Origin: an uncultured Chloroflexia bacterium
GTDB lineage: Bacteria; Chloroflexota; Limnocylindria; Limnocylindrales; CSP1-4
Direction: 5' to 3'
NCBI GenBank assembly: GCA_963778645.1
Contig: CAVZVH010000026.1
Coordinates: 787,841-851,840, forward strand
Length of the DNA: 64,000 nucleotides
The notes under the pieces are model-generated. The model made no database searches. It worked only from the letters and a program-made list of their open reading frames with translations, and was not told the origin of the DNA. Positions 27,639 to 37,005 of the stretch are shown here, piece by piece. The position numbers were made by a program, and so were the translations under genes. How positions within the stretch are numbered: the first letter of the stretch is position 1; each line of letters starts with the position of its first letter.

Positions 27639-28204
27639 CGACCGAACTGACGGGCGACGCGCCCGCCCTGTCGGCCCTGCCGCCGTCGGCGATCGCCGAC
27701 CTGCTCGAGGCGTCAGCGCCGACCGTGGTCGTGGCCGAGCTCGGCGCGCTGGGCGATGAGGCCGGCTGGCGGCCCGCCCCCGGCGAGTGGAGCGCGAACG
27801 AGTGCGTCGGCCACCTGATCGAGGCGGAGCGACGCGGCTTCGCCGGACGGATCCGGGCGATCCTCGCCGCCGATCGACCGGACATCCCAGCCCGACCTCG
27901 AGACCTGGGATCCGCCCGCAGTCGCCGAGGCGCGGCGCGATCACCTGCGACCGGCCGCGGAGCTGGCCGCCGAGTTCGCCGGACCTCCGCCATGACGGGG
28001 TCGCGCTGGTCCGCGGCCTGCGCGCCGACGACCTCGCGCGCGTCGGGCTCCACCCGCACGTCGGGCGAGCTGCGGGTCGACGAGCTGCTCGGCGAGTGGG
28101 TCCACCACGACCGCAATCACGTCCGCCAGATGCTGGCCGTCACCCAGGCCCGCGTCTGGGGCCAGATGGGCAACGCCCGGCGGTTCAGCGTCGAGGACCT
28201 CTAG
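27635..28204 (+). pseudogene. DinB-family (DinB_2-like) protein, at least 3 frameshifts
   Basis: 'EWSANECVGHLIEAERRGFAGRIRAI' and the C-terminal 'LLGEWVHHDRNHVRQM'. The middle section is readable only in the other two frames ('DLETWDPPAVAEARRDHLRPAAELAAEFAG', 'LRHDGVALVRGLRADDLARVGLHPHVG'). Confidence 0.7.
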
Positions 28205-28877
28205 CGGTCAGGTCGCAGGCGCCGTCCCCGCCACTGTCGATCACCATGAACGCCGCCCAGCCGATGATCGCGCCGACGATGGGGGCCACGAGGTAGATCC
28301 ACAGCTGGCTGAGATCGCCACCGACCACGGCCGACCCGATCGAGCGGGCCGGGTTCACCGATGCGCCGCTGAGGGTGGCGGTGGCGAAGTGGATGGCCAC
28401 CAGCGACAAGGGGATGGCCAGCGCCGCGAGCGCGGGCGCCCGTTTGGTCGAAGCGAGGATGACGCCGATGAATCCGGCGGTGAAGACGACCTCGAGGATC
28501 AACGCGCCGATGTCGGTGATTCCGGTGCCGGGCTTCGTGATCCCGGCCGTGACGGCGTCCTGGCTCACGGCGATCAGGACGATCGCCCCAGCGCCGATCG
28601 CCCCGATGATCTGGGCGAGGATGTAGCCGACGGCATCGGCCGGTGTGGTCCGCTTGTCGAGGACCATCGCGACGGTCACGGCCGGGTTGAAGTGGCCGCC
28701 CGAGACGTGGCCGAAGGCGAAGATCGCGGCGAGCAGGCCGAATCCGAACGAGAACGGCACGACCAGCAGATTGGCGTGGGGGCGCTCGCCACCCCGAAGC
28801 GCGGCGACCGAGGCGTAGCCGATCGTGAAGAACAGGAACGAGCCCAACAACTCGGCCAGATACGCGCGTGCGTTCAT
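28185..28877 (-). CDS. Aquaporin / MIP-family channel
   Basis: Two NPA motifs ('GGHFNPAVT', 'GASVNPARS'). ATG 28877 is preceded by GGAGGGAAGG and overlaps the upstream stop (ATGA). Confidence 0.9.
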   Translation of the reverse strand: MNARAYLAELLGSFLFFTIGYASVAALRGGERPHANLLVVPFSFGFGLLAAIFAFGHVSGGHFNPAVTVAMVLDKRTTPADAVGYILAQIIGAIGAGAIVLIAVSQDAVTAGITKPGTGITDIGALILEVVFTAGFIGVILASTKRAPALAALAIPLSLVAIHFATATLSGASVNPARSIGSAVVGGDLSQLWIYLVAPIVGAIIGWAAFMVIDSGGDGACDLTARGPRR

Positions 28878-29536
28878 CCTTCCCTCCGAAGAACGATGAC
28901 GCCGACCGTCACACGATACCGCAGCGCGACACGTGCGGCGCGAATCAGGAGCGAGTCCCGCCAGGCCCGGCACAGCACCTCGACGAGCTCCAGGCGGTCG
29001 ACCGCCTCGTCCGGGTCGAGCCCGACGGCTTCCGCCCCGTGACGCTCGAGGATCGCGGCGTCGGCGAATGGCTCTGGTCCCTCGGTCAGGGCCGTCGCGA
29101 TCCGTGCGGCCAGTTCGGCGCTGCCCATCTCGCCGAACGCGACGATCGGCAGCCGCGGCAGGTGGAGCGCGGTCTCGGGTAACGCGGTCGGGTCCGGGTC
29201 GCTCGCCGGCGAGCGTCAGGGCCATGGACGCCGGCAGGTGCGCGTGGGCGACCGCCCCGATGTCGGGCCGAGCGGCGTGGATCGCCAGGTGGATCGCGAG
29301 ATCCGACGTCGGTCCCAGTCCGGTCGGGGAGCGCGCCTCGCGCTCCGGATGGCCCAGCCACACGATGACGAGATCGGACGGGTCGAGCTCGTCCTTCCGG
29401 CGACCGGTCGGCGTGACCAGCAGACGATCCGCATCGAGCCGGACGGACAGGTTGCCCTCGCCCGCGGCGATCAGCCCACGGGTGCCGAGCGTCGGCCGGC
29501 GCGGATCAGGGCATCGGAGCCCCGGGCGAGGTCCAT
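28874..29536 (-). pseudogene. Class II aldolase/adducin-family protein, at least 3 frameshifts
   Basis: 'GLIAAGEGNLSVRLDADRLLVTPTGRRKDEL', 'SDLAIHLAIHAARPDIGAVAHAHLPASMALT' and 'AAILERHGAEAVGLDPDEAVDRLELVE' lie in three different frames. Confidence 0.75.
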
Positions 29537-29545
29537 CGCCGCATC

Positions 29546-29798
29546 CTAGCCGCCGCCGAGGCCGGTCGTGCCGGGCATCCGGTCCCGACCCGGCCGCATC
29601 GCTACCATCGAGGCGATGCGCACGGCGTCACGGCAGCCCCGACGAGGTCGTCCCCTCAGGCGGCTCGAGCGGTCAAGGCCGGGCGCAGGATCGGGCGCCA
29701 GCTCGACTCGCACGTTGCAGCCGTCGCACGCGACGTCGTCCGTCTCCGCCTCGTAGGGCCATCGGTCCATCGCACCAGGGACATTCAAGCGTGACCAT
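29546..29798 (-). pseudogene. Small zinc-ribbon ORF (CPWC...CDGC), one frameshift, divergent from the ABC-2 exporter
   Basis: GAAGGAG plus ATG 29798 gives 'MVTLECPWCDGP'. The next frame gives 'WPYEAETDDVACDGCNVRVELAPDP'. The 3' end is uncertain. Confidence 0.4.
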
Positions 29799-29857
29799 GT
29801 GATGCAGCTCCTTCGTTCGTTCGACGATGTCGTCGAGCGGGAGCATCGAGGCCGCCT

Positions 29858-30797
29858 GTGACAGCTAGCGTGTCAGAGCCGATCATCGAGCTCCGCGGCA
29901 TCGTCAAGCGGTACGGCGCGACCGTCGCGCTCGACGGCGTTGACCTCACGGTCCGTCGCGGGGAGCTCGTCGGGCTGCTCGGGCCCAACGGCGCGGGCAA
30001 GACCACGACCGTCAAGCTGCTCCTGGGCCTCGCGAGACCGACCGCGGGCACCGGTCGGATCCTCGGCGCCCCCCTCGGCGACCGGGCCGCACGGCGGCGG
30101 ATCGGCTACCTCCCGGAGCTCTTCCGCTACCAGCCGTGGCTGCGGGCCCGCGAGGTCCTCATGCTGCACGCCGAGCTGGCGGGCCTCGCCGGCGAGCACG
30201 CGACGTCTCGCCGCGACCGAGGCGTTGCGGCACGTCGATCTCGAGGACCGGGCGGACGACGCCGTCGGCGGGTTCTCCAAGGGCATGCAGCAACGACTCG
30301 GGCTTGGGCGTCGCGCTGCTCGGCGACCCGGAGCTCGTGCTCCTGGACGAACCGACCTCCGCGCTCGATCCGGTCGGGCGTGTCGAGGTGCGCGACATCG
30401 TCCGGGCCGCGCGTGACCGTGGCGCCACGGTCATCCTGAACTCGCACCTGCTGACCGAGGTCGAACAGGTCTGCGACCGGGTCGTCATCGTCAACCGCGG
30501 CCGGATCGTCGCCGCCGGCACGCTCGACGAGGTCATCGCCGGCGACGGCGTCCGGATCCGGGTGACCGGTCTGGAACCGCTGGCGCGAGCGGGGTTGGCC
30601 GCCCTCGGTCCGATGCAGGACGACGGGGAGTGGCTGACCTTCCGGCCACTCGATCCGGAGCGGATCCCCGAGGTCGTCGCCGCGATCGTGGCGTCGGGTG
30701 GCCGCGTCCACGCGGTGGAGCCCGGCCGGGGATCGCTCGAGGCGCGGTTCCTCGAGCTGGTCGCCGCCGAGTCGCCGACGGGAACACCGATCGATGA
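29858..30797 (+). pseudogene. ABC-2 type exporter ATPase, at least 3 frameshifts
   Basis: Walker A 'GPNGAGKTTT' (frame 29858..), signature 'FSKGMQQRLGLG' (frame 29940..), and Walker B 'LVLLDEPTSALD' (frame 30136..). The inferred stop TGA overlaps the ATG of the next gene at 30794-30797. Confidence 0.85.
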
Positions 30798-31651
30798 TCG
30801 TCATCGCCCGACTGACGATGTTCGAGCTGGTCCGACGGCGGATCGTCTGGGTCCTGGCCGGCCTGACGATCGTGTCGGTCTTGCTCGTGGCGCTTCGGCG
30901 TCGAGCGTCTCGTCACGCTCGCTCGCGCCGACGGCGTCGACGAGCTCCAGATCCGGATCGGCGTCTCACAGGTGCTGATCCTCATCGCCTTCATGTTCAG
31001 CTTCGTGCTGGCCATGACCGCCGCGTTCCTCGGCGCTCCGGCGGTCGGCGCGCGACATCGAGTCCGGCGTCGCGCTGGCGCTGCTGGCACGCCCACTTCG
31101 CCGGGTCGACCTGCTCGCTCGGGCGGTGGCTCGGGCTGTCGGTCGTCGTCGTCGGCTACACGATCGCCTCGGGCGCGCTCGCGATCCTGCGTCGTGTCGG
31201 TGATCTCGGGGTTCGGCCCGCCCGAGCCGGTCCTGGCGCTGGCGTTCCTCTCCGCCCAGGCGCTCGTGCTGCTGACGCTGACGCTGGCCCTCGGGACCGT
31301 GCTGCCGGCCATCGGGGCCGGCGCGATCGCGGTGGTCGCGTACGGCATCGGCTGGATGGCCGGGCGTGATGGCCGCCGTCGCGGCCGCGTTCGACATCGA
31401 GTCGCTGGCCGCTGTCGCGGAGGCCAGCCGCTGGCTGCTGCCGAGCGACGGCCTGTGGCGCGGCGTCGTCTACGGTCTGGAACCACCGCTGGCGGCGCTC
31501 GTCGCGGTCGGCCGCGGGCAGCGGGCCCTCGAGGCCAACCCGTTCTACGCGCTCGACGCCGCCGCCGCTCCCGTTCATCGCGTGGTCGGTCGTCTGGGTG
31601 GCCATCGTGCTGGCGCTCGCCGCCTGGCGGCTCTCGCGACGGGACCTCTAG
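30794..31651 (+). pseudogene. ABC-2 type exporter permease, about 7 frame switches
   Basis: Hydrophobic segments are readable only by hopping frames: 'MIVIARLTMFELVRRRIVWVLAGLTIVSVLLVA', 'VSQVLILIAFMFSFVLAMTAAFLGAPAV', 'RDIESGVALALLARP', 'GRWLGLSVVVVGYTIASGALAIL', 'LAFLSAQALVLLTLTLALGTVLPAIGAGAIAVVAYGIGWMAG', 'LLPSDGLWRGVVYG'. Confidence 0.7.
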
Positions 31652-32238
31652 CCGCGATACCGGAAGCAGCCCGGCACGTGGTCGTCGACGAGGCCGACGC
31701 TCTGCATGAAGGCGTAGACGATCGTCGAGCCGACGAAGCGGAACCCCCGCCGTTTGAGGTCGGCGGACAGGGCGTCCGACGCAGGCGTCGTGGCCGGGAA
31801 GGCTGCCCGAGGTGGCGGACGCCGGCAGTCGCGCGGGTGGCCCAGGCACGATCGTCGCGAGATACGCGTCGAACGAGCCGAATTCGCTCGCCAGTCTCCA
31901 GGAACGCGGCCGCGTTCCCGATCGTCGCGTCGATCTTGGCTCGATTGCGGACGATGCCGGCGTCGGCCATCAATCGCGTCACGGTCCACGTCGTCGAAGG
32001 CGGCGACCACCGTCGGATCGAAGCCGCGGAACGCGCGACGGAACGACTCGCGCTTGCGCAGGATGGTCGACCACGACAGTCCGGCCTGGAACGACTCGAG
32101 GGCGAGCCGCTCGAACAGCTCGGTGTCGTCGTGGACCGGCGTGCCCCACTCGTCGTCGTGGTACGCGACCATCAGGGGGTCGGGGTTCGGCCCCGCCACA
32201 CCCGACCACCAGCACCTGGGTCGCTCGTCCGTCACCAT
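31648..32238 (-). pseudogene. tag: DNA-3-methyladenine glycosylase I, at least 3 frameshifts
   Basis: 'RCWWSG..DPLMVAYHDDEWGTPVHDD..LFERLALESFQAGLSWSTILRKRESFRRAF', 'RLMADAGIVRNRAKIDATIGNA' (other frame), and 'DLKRRGFRFVGSTIVYAFMQSVGLVDDH'. Confidence 0.82.
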
Positions 32239-32260
32239 CGTCGCGGCGACGATACCCGAC

Positions 32261-33646
32261 CTACGGCACCGGCTTCGTGTCGAAGAGCGTGCTGCGCAGC
32301 ATCGGGTCGCCGGCCGGCCGGGCCGCGTTGAGGATGGAGCGGAAGACCCCACCCGAAACGGTCTTCGTGCCCTTCGACCCGATGAGCGTCACCTTGATGA
32401 GTCGCCCGGACACGCCGCGAGAGGTCAGGTCCAATGCGGTCAGGTCGCCAACGTCGGTGCGCGGATCGGCCGCGAACCAGGCGGATAGTCGGGCTCGCGT
32501 GTAGGTCTTCATGCGCCACGTCGCGTGCGGGGCGGCGTCGTCGTAGGCCGAGCCGTCCGGCCGACGGTCCATCGAGCCGCGCAGATAGCTGACCTTGCCG
32601 GCCACCTTCTTGCCGGTCGCCGAGGTGTAGACGTTCTCGTTGTGTTCCGTGGCGCCGCCGGCGGTCGAGTGATACATCGCGTTGGCGACCGAAGCGCCCT
32701 TGCGCAGCACCTGGTTCGCGGTCGCCTCGATGGCGGCGTTCGTCGTCGCGCGCTCGGCCTTCGAGCCACGGTAGACCTGCGATCGCGTGTCGTCGACGGT
32801 GTCGTAATACGAGACGCCCGGCCGCAGCTTGCGGGCCCCATACGACCGGGACGCGATGGCCTGGGCCCGGAGCGCGGCCTCGGGCCAAGTGGAGGGCATC
32901 TCGGCCGGCACGACACCGCGTATGTACAGCTCGAGGGCCAGTCGATTGACCACGCCGACGGTGGGCCTCGTCGTCGTGGGGATGACCCGGAGCGTGCCCC
33001 GGTATTGGTCGTAGGCGGTCGGCTTCGACCACAGCTGGAGGCGACCGCTCGCGTCGATCGAACGCACGACGAATGGCTTCTTCGCGGCCACCTTCAGCAA
33101 CGTCGTGCCGGACGCGTTGGTCACCCGCAGACGCCAGGTCGTCGTCGATCCCGACGGCGTCGACTTGGTGGTCGGGGTCAGGGTCAGGCGGGCGCCCGCT
33201 GGGAAGGTTCGATCGATCCCGTCGATCCGCCATTCGGATCGGCGCCCGTAGATGACGAGCGGCTTCGTCGGGCTGACCTTGAAGCGGCTGAGGATCAGCA
33301 CGCGGATGACGGGTGGCGGATCGAGAGTGCCGAGGGACGTGCCGCGGTAGTAGTGGGCCAGGACGTCGGTCGTGCTATGCCCTTCGAGTGCCCGACCCCG
33401 GGCCCCGTACTGGGACATCCCGACGCCGTGGCCGTAGCCGCGGCCATGGAACGTGACCGTCGGACCGAGGACGGTGGGCTCGTCGGGCCAGGGTGGGGTG
33501 GGGCTGGGGACCGGTGTGGGGGTTGGCCGTGGGTGACCTGGCGGTCCTTCGGTCGGGATCGGGCCCGCGGCGCTCGCCGAACCCGCGCTGAGGACTCCGC
33601 CGAAACCGACCACCAACGCGATGACGAGCGCCGGCAGGGCGAGCAT
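32261..33646 (-). CDS. SpoIID/LytB-domain protein (secreted)
   Basis: 'ELYIRGVVPAEMPSTWPEAALRAQAIASRSYG', 'SQVYRG', 'AMYHSTAGGATE'. Signal peptide 'MLALPALVIALVVGFGGVLSAGSASAAG'. An alternative TTG start at 33694 has GAGGAAG upstream. Confidence 0.85.
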   Translation of the reverse strand: MLALPALVIALVVGFGGVLSAGSASAAGPIPTEGPPGHPRPTPTPVPSPTPPWPDEPTVLGPTVTFHGRGYGHGVGMSQYGARGRALEGHSTTDVLAHYYRGTSLGTLDPPPVIRVLILSRFKVSPTKPLVIYGRRSEWRIDGIDRTFPAGARLTLTPTTKSTPSGSTTTWRLRVTNASGTTLLKVAAKKPFVVRSIDASGRLQLWSKPTAYDQYRGTLRVIPTTTRPTVGVVNRLALELYIRGVVPAEMPSTWPEAALRAQAIASRSYGARKLRPGVSYYDTVDDTRSQVYRGSKAERATTNAAIEATANQVLRKGASVANAMYHSTAGGATEHNENVYTSATGKKVAGKVSYLRGSMDRRPDGSAYDDAAPHATWRMKTYTRARLSAWFAADPRTDVGDLTALDLTSRGVSGRLIKVTLIGSKGTKTVSGGVFRSILNAARPAGDPMLRSTLFDTKPVP

Positions 33647-33819
33647 CGCGCGGCGGGAGCGGTGGTCGCGGCAGCGACCGGGAGTGGCGGGCAAATGGGC
33701 TTCCTCGAGCGAGCTGAGGCGGACGTTGCAGGATGACGATCCGTCGAAGGCGCGGCCATGACCCGACCGGACTACCACGGACCCACCCGAACGGCCCACG
33801 ACAAGGCTACGCTTCCGCG

Positions 33820-34350
33820 ATGGGTCTGCGCCTGTTCCTTGGCCATGGCGCGAGCGGGACGGCCGCCAGCATGACGCCCTTCGTCGAGGGCCTGCGAGCA
33901 CGCGGTGTGGACGCGAGCGCCATCGATCTGCCCCGCCGCAAGGCCGAGGACGCACTTCCCGCGTTCCACAGCGTGGTCCCATCGGACGCGGATGTGGCGG
34001 TCGGCGGGCATTCGTTCGGCGGGCGTGTGGCGAGCCTGGCCGCGGCCGAACCGGACTCGCCGTATGCGGCCCTCGTCTGTTTCAGCTACCCGCTCCACCC
34101 GCCCGGTGGCCCGGAGCGGACCGACGCCCGGATCGCCCATTGGTCGGCCATCCGTTGTCCGGTCCTGCTTTTGTCCGGCGAGTCGGACCCGTTCGCGCGG
34201 ATCGACCTGCTGCGAGCGTCGGTCGGTCGCTTGGCACGGGCGGAGCTGGTGACTTATCCGCGCTTGGGCCATACATTGCAGCCCGTCCTCGACGACGCGC
34301 TCGACCGGGTCGCCGCCTTCCTTGCGGACCTTCGGGCTCCATCGCCGTGA
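33820..34350 (+). CDS. Alpha/beta-fold hydrolase (dienelactone-hydrolase / KANL3-like)
   Basis: Nucleophile-elbow motif 'VGGHSFGGRVA', 'CPVLLLSGESDPF' and 'LGHTL'. Confidence 0.7.
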   Translation: MGLRLFLGHGASGTAASMTPFVEGLRARGVDASAIDLPRRKAEDALPAFHSVVPSDADVAVGGHSFGGRVASLAAAEPDSPYAALVCFSYPLHPPGGPERTDARIAHWSAIRCPVLLLSGESDPFARIDLLRASVGRLARAELVTYPRLGHTLQPVLDDALDRVAAFLADLRAPSP

Positions 34351-34367
34351 CCCGATAGCCCTATAGC

Positions 34368-34546
34368 CGGGACCGGGGAGGCTCCGTACCGTGGGCCATC
34401 CTCAGGTGCCGTCGCGGCGATCGTCGCGTGGCAGCCAGACGCATCCCAGTCGCCACCGGAGTGCCCAAGCCGCGGCCGATCGCGGTTCGCTCCGACCGAC
34501 AAGCCGACGCTCGACGCGCTCACCGCGTCGTCCCGGTAGGAAGGAG
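34368..34546 (+). promoter_or_regulatory. Structured 5' leader of the transglycosylase gene, possibly related to the ydaO (c-di-AMP) riboswitch
   Basis: CCGGGAC (34368-34374) pairs with GUCCCGG (34529-34535) to enclose about 170 nt. Internal hairpins: GCCGCG/CGCGGU and CGACGCG-cucac-CGCGUCG. GGCUCC (34380-34385) is complementary to the SD GGAGCC (34541-34546). 'CCGACCGACAAGCCGACGCUCGACGCG' loosely resembles the ydaO core 'CCGAACCCGACAGCUAACCUCG.AAGCG'. Confidence 0.3.
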
Positions 34547-34551
34547 CCACA

Positions 34552-35427
34552 TTGCCAGTCCGGTCATACCGCCGTCAGGCGGTCGTCGTCGCGATCCTCG
34601 CGACGGCGATCCTGCTCACCGTCGCCGGGCCCCAGGTCGCGCTCGCCAAGAACCCCCCGGGCCTCGGCAAGTTCATGAATGCGATCGGTCACGTCGAATC
34701 CGGCGGGCGGTACACCGCCCGCAACAAGTCCTCCGGGGCCTACGGCAAGTACCAGATCATGCCGTCCAACTGGCCGTCATGGGCCCGGAAGTACCTCGGG
34801 AACTCGAAGGCGCCCCAGACACCGGCTAACCAGGAGAAGGTCGCGGCTGGCAAGTTCCGCGGCCTCTACAAGTGGCTCGGCAGCTGGCGCCGGGTCGCCC
34901 ACTGGTGGCTGACCGGGTCATCACGGCCGTCGGGCTGGTCCGCCTACGCGACGGCCTACGTCAACAAGGTCATGCGCTACTACGCGACGGCCTCGCCCAA
35001 GATGCCCAAGGCTCCGGGCACGGGCGCTCCAACCGTCCCGAGGCCGAAGGCCGCAACGACGGTCCGGCACTACTCGGAGCAGAACGCCCGGGTCTCGTAC
35101 ACGGGCCCCTGGAAGGCGGCACACCACGGCGGGTACGCCGGCGACCGCGTGAAGTACGCGACAAAGGCTGGTGCGACCGCGACGGTGGCGTTCACCGGCA
35201 AGAAGATCAGCTGGTACGGGCCGGTCGGGCCGACGCGGGGCAAGGCCCGTGTCTCGATCGACGGCAAGGTCGTCAAGACGGTCGACCTGCACCGGACCGG
35301 TTTCTCGGCACATGCGCCCGTCTTCACCAAGACCTTTGCGACGAAGGGCGCCCACACTCTGACGATCGAGGTGCTCGGGACCAGCGGTCACCCGATGGTC
35401 GCGGTGGACGAGTTCGTCGTCCGCTGA
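34552..35427 (+). CDS. Secreted SLT-like lytic transglycosylase with a C-terminal beta-rich (carbohydrate-binding-like) domain
   Basis: TTG start is preceded by GGAAGGAG. TM/signal segment 'AVVVAILATAILLTVAGPQVALA'. Catalytic-Glu region 'IGHVESGGRYTARNKSSGAYGKYQIM'. Confidence 0.8.
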   Translation: MPVRSYRRQAVVVAILATAILLTVAGPQVALAKNPPGLGKFMNAIGHVESGGRYTARNKSSGAYGKYQIMPSNWPSWARKYLGNSKAPQTPANQEKVAAGKFRGLYKWLGSWRRVAHWWLTGSSRPSGWSAYATAYVNKVMRYYATASPKMPKAPGTGAPTVPRPKAATTVRHYSEQNARVSYTGPWKAAHHGGYAGDRVKYATKAGATATVAFTGKKISWYGPVGPTRGKARVSIDGKVVKTVDLHRTGFSAHAPVFTKTFATKGAHTLTIEVLGTSGHPMVAVDEFVVR

Positions 35428-35439
35428 GCCGAACGTCGA

Positions 35440-35820
35440 TCAGCGGGTCGCGATCACCTCGATCTCGACCATGAAGTCCGAGGCCAGGGCGGTCACGCCG
35501 ACAGTCGCCCTGGTCGGCGGCTCCGTGGGAAACACCGCCCGGTAGATGGCATTCATGGCCGCGAAGTCGCCGAAATCGCGCAGGTAGACGGTGGCCTTCA
35601 CGACGGCGTCGTAGTCGAGGCCGACGGCGCGCAGCAGGCGCCCGACGTTGTCGAGCATCTGGCGCGTCTCGGCCTCGATGCCGCCGGGCACGGCGCTGGC
35701 GGTGCCTGGGACGTTGCCGACCTGGCCGGCCAGGAAGACGAAGCCGTTCGCTTCGACGACCTGGCTGAATGGCAGGGCGCTGGCCTCGATGCCGGGCAGT
35801 GCGGGGACGGTCTTGGGCAT
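35440..35820 (-). CDS. ridA: RidA/YjgF/TdcF-family reactive-intermediate deaminase
   Basis: 'FVFLAGQVG', 'QMLDNVGRLLRAVGLDYDAVVKATVYL', 'PTRATVGVTALASDFMVEIEVIA'. ATG 35820 is preceded by AGAGGAGA. Confidence 0.9.
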   Translation of the reverse strand: MPKTVPALPGIEASALPFSQVVEANGFVFLAGQVGNVPGTASAVPGGIEAETRQMLDNVGRLLRAVGLDYDAVVKATVYLRDFGDFAAMNAIYRAVFPTEPPTRATVGVTALASDFMVEIEVIATR

Positions 35821-35870
35821 GGGGTGTCTCCTCTGGTATGGGGCTCGTCGATACTGTGCGGCATCGTTCG

Positions 35871-36989
35871 CTAGAGGCGCCGCTCCGCCGCTTCGACGGC
35901 TCGGGCGCTCCACCAGGCGAGGTCATCGGCGGCGGACAGCCCGACGCCAAGGTCCCCCCGTCCTCGGCGTCACGGCCCTTGCGCCAGCCCCGCAGGAGCA
36001 GGCCGACGATCATGGCCAGGTCGCATTGGAGCTCCCAGTCGCCCACGAGCCCATCGAGGTCATGCGGCTTGGAGCCGGATCCCCACCGGCCCGCATACCA
36101 GGCGATCGATCGGCGGTAGCGCGCCAGCACCTCGTCGGGCGGAATCGGCAGCTCGGCGCTGTTCGTGACGATGAACCAGCCGAGCTCGACCGCGACGGGC
36201 GCCTGCAGGGTCATCTGCCAATCGATGAAGGCGACCCGCTCTCCCTCGAGCAGCGCCACGTTCGCGAGCTTGAGATCGCCGTGCAGGCCGACCGCCGGAA
36301 GCTGCCCGAGCGCCGTGACGAGCGGGCTCGGGTCGGCGCCGAGGCGATCGATGAGGTCCCTCGTGGCCTGCGGCGCCAGCGCTTCGAAGGCGTCCCAGCC
36401 GCGCAGGAAGATCTCGCCGACCGGGTTATCGTCGGCCGCGTACCCGGTCGCCGAGCGTCGGGTGAGCAGCGTCAGCCGCTCGGGGAGCGGGCACCACGGG
36501 GGCAGTGGGCCCCCGGCGCGAGCGGCCGCGGCGACGAGCGTCTCGCTCCATGGCAGCGAGTGGAGCAGGGAGAATCGGTCGATCAGCCGGTCGGTGGCGG
36601 CGACGTCCAGCACAGGCTCGTGGGTCGGCCGTTCCCACGCCACGAGCTCGGTCGAGAGGTCCGGCATCAGGATCGCGGCCTCGCCCTGCTCGTCGACCGC
36701 GGCGCCGAGGTATGCGATGACCGGCTCGGTCAGGCCCGGCAACCAGCCCCGCGCCTGGAGATTGGCGTTGGCGAGCCATGCTTCGCGGATGTCGTCGTCG
36801 CGTGTCGCGCGGACGATCCAGTCTCGTGCCGGCGACGTCCGCTTGAGGATGAATCGCTCGTGGCCGCGTTCCAGGGCACTGAACGTCGAGCCGGACCAGC
36901 CGTCGGTCGGAAACGGTTGCTCCGGCGACGCCCGCCAGGCCGAATCGATCGAGCAGCTCCGCGAGCGTCTGATCCCGCCATCCGCTCAC
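35871..36989 (-). pseudogene. Aminoglycoside/choline-kinase-like phosphotransferase (APH family), 2 frameshifts
   Basis: Catalytic loop 'GLHGDLKLANVAL' and 'AFIDWQ'. A 5' switch lies near 36925 ('VSGWRDQTLAELLDRFGLAG' then 'SPEQPFPTDGWSGSTFSALERG'). A 3' switch lies in a C6 run at 35954-35959 and leads to 'DLGVGLSAADDLAWWSARAVEAAERRL*'. Confidence 0.75.
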
Positions 36990-37005
36990 GCCGCGGCGTC
37001 GCGAC

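Noticed and set aside
26519-28204. An apparent in-frame fusion of the second Opp ATPase with a DinB-family protein (ORF 26351..28204).
   Set aside because: An ATGA start/stop overlap at 27635-27638 in the neighbouring frame, together with the many indels in this block, indicates two separate genes joined by frame errors.
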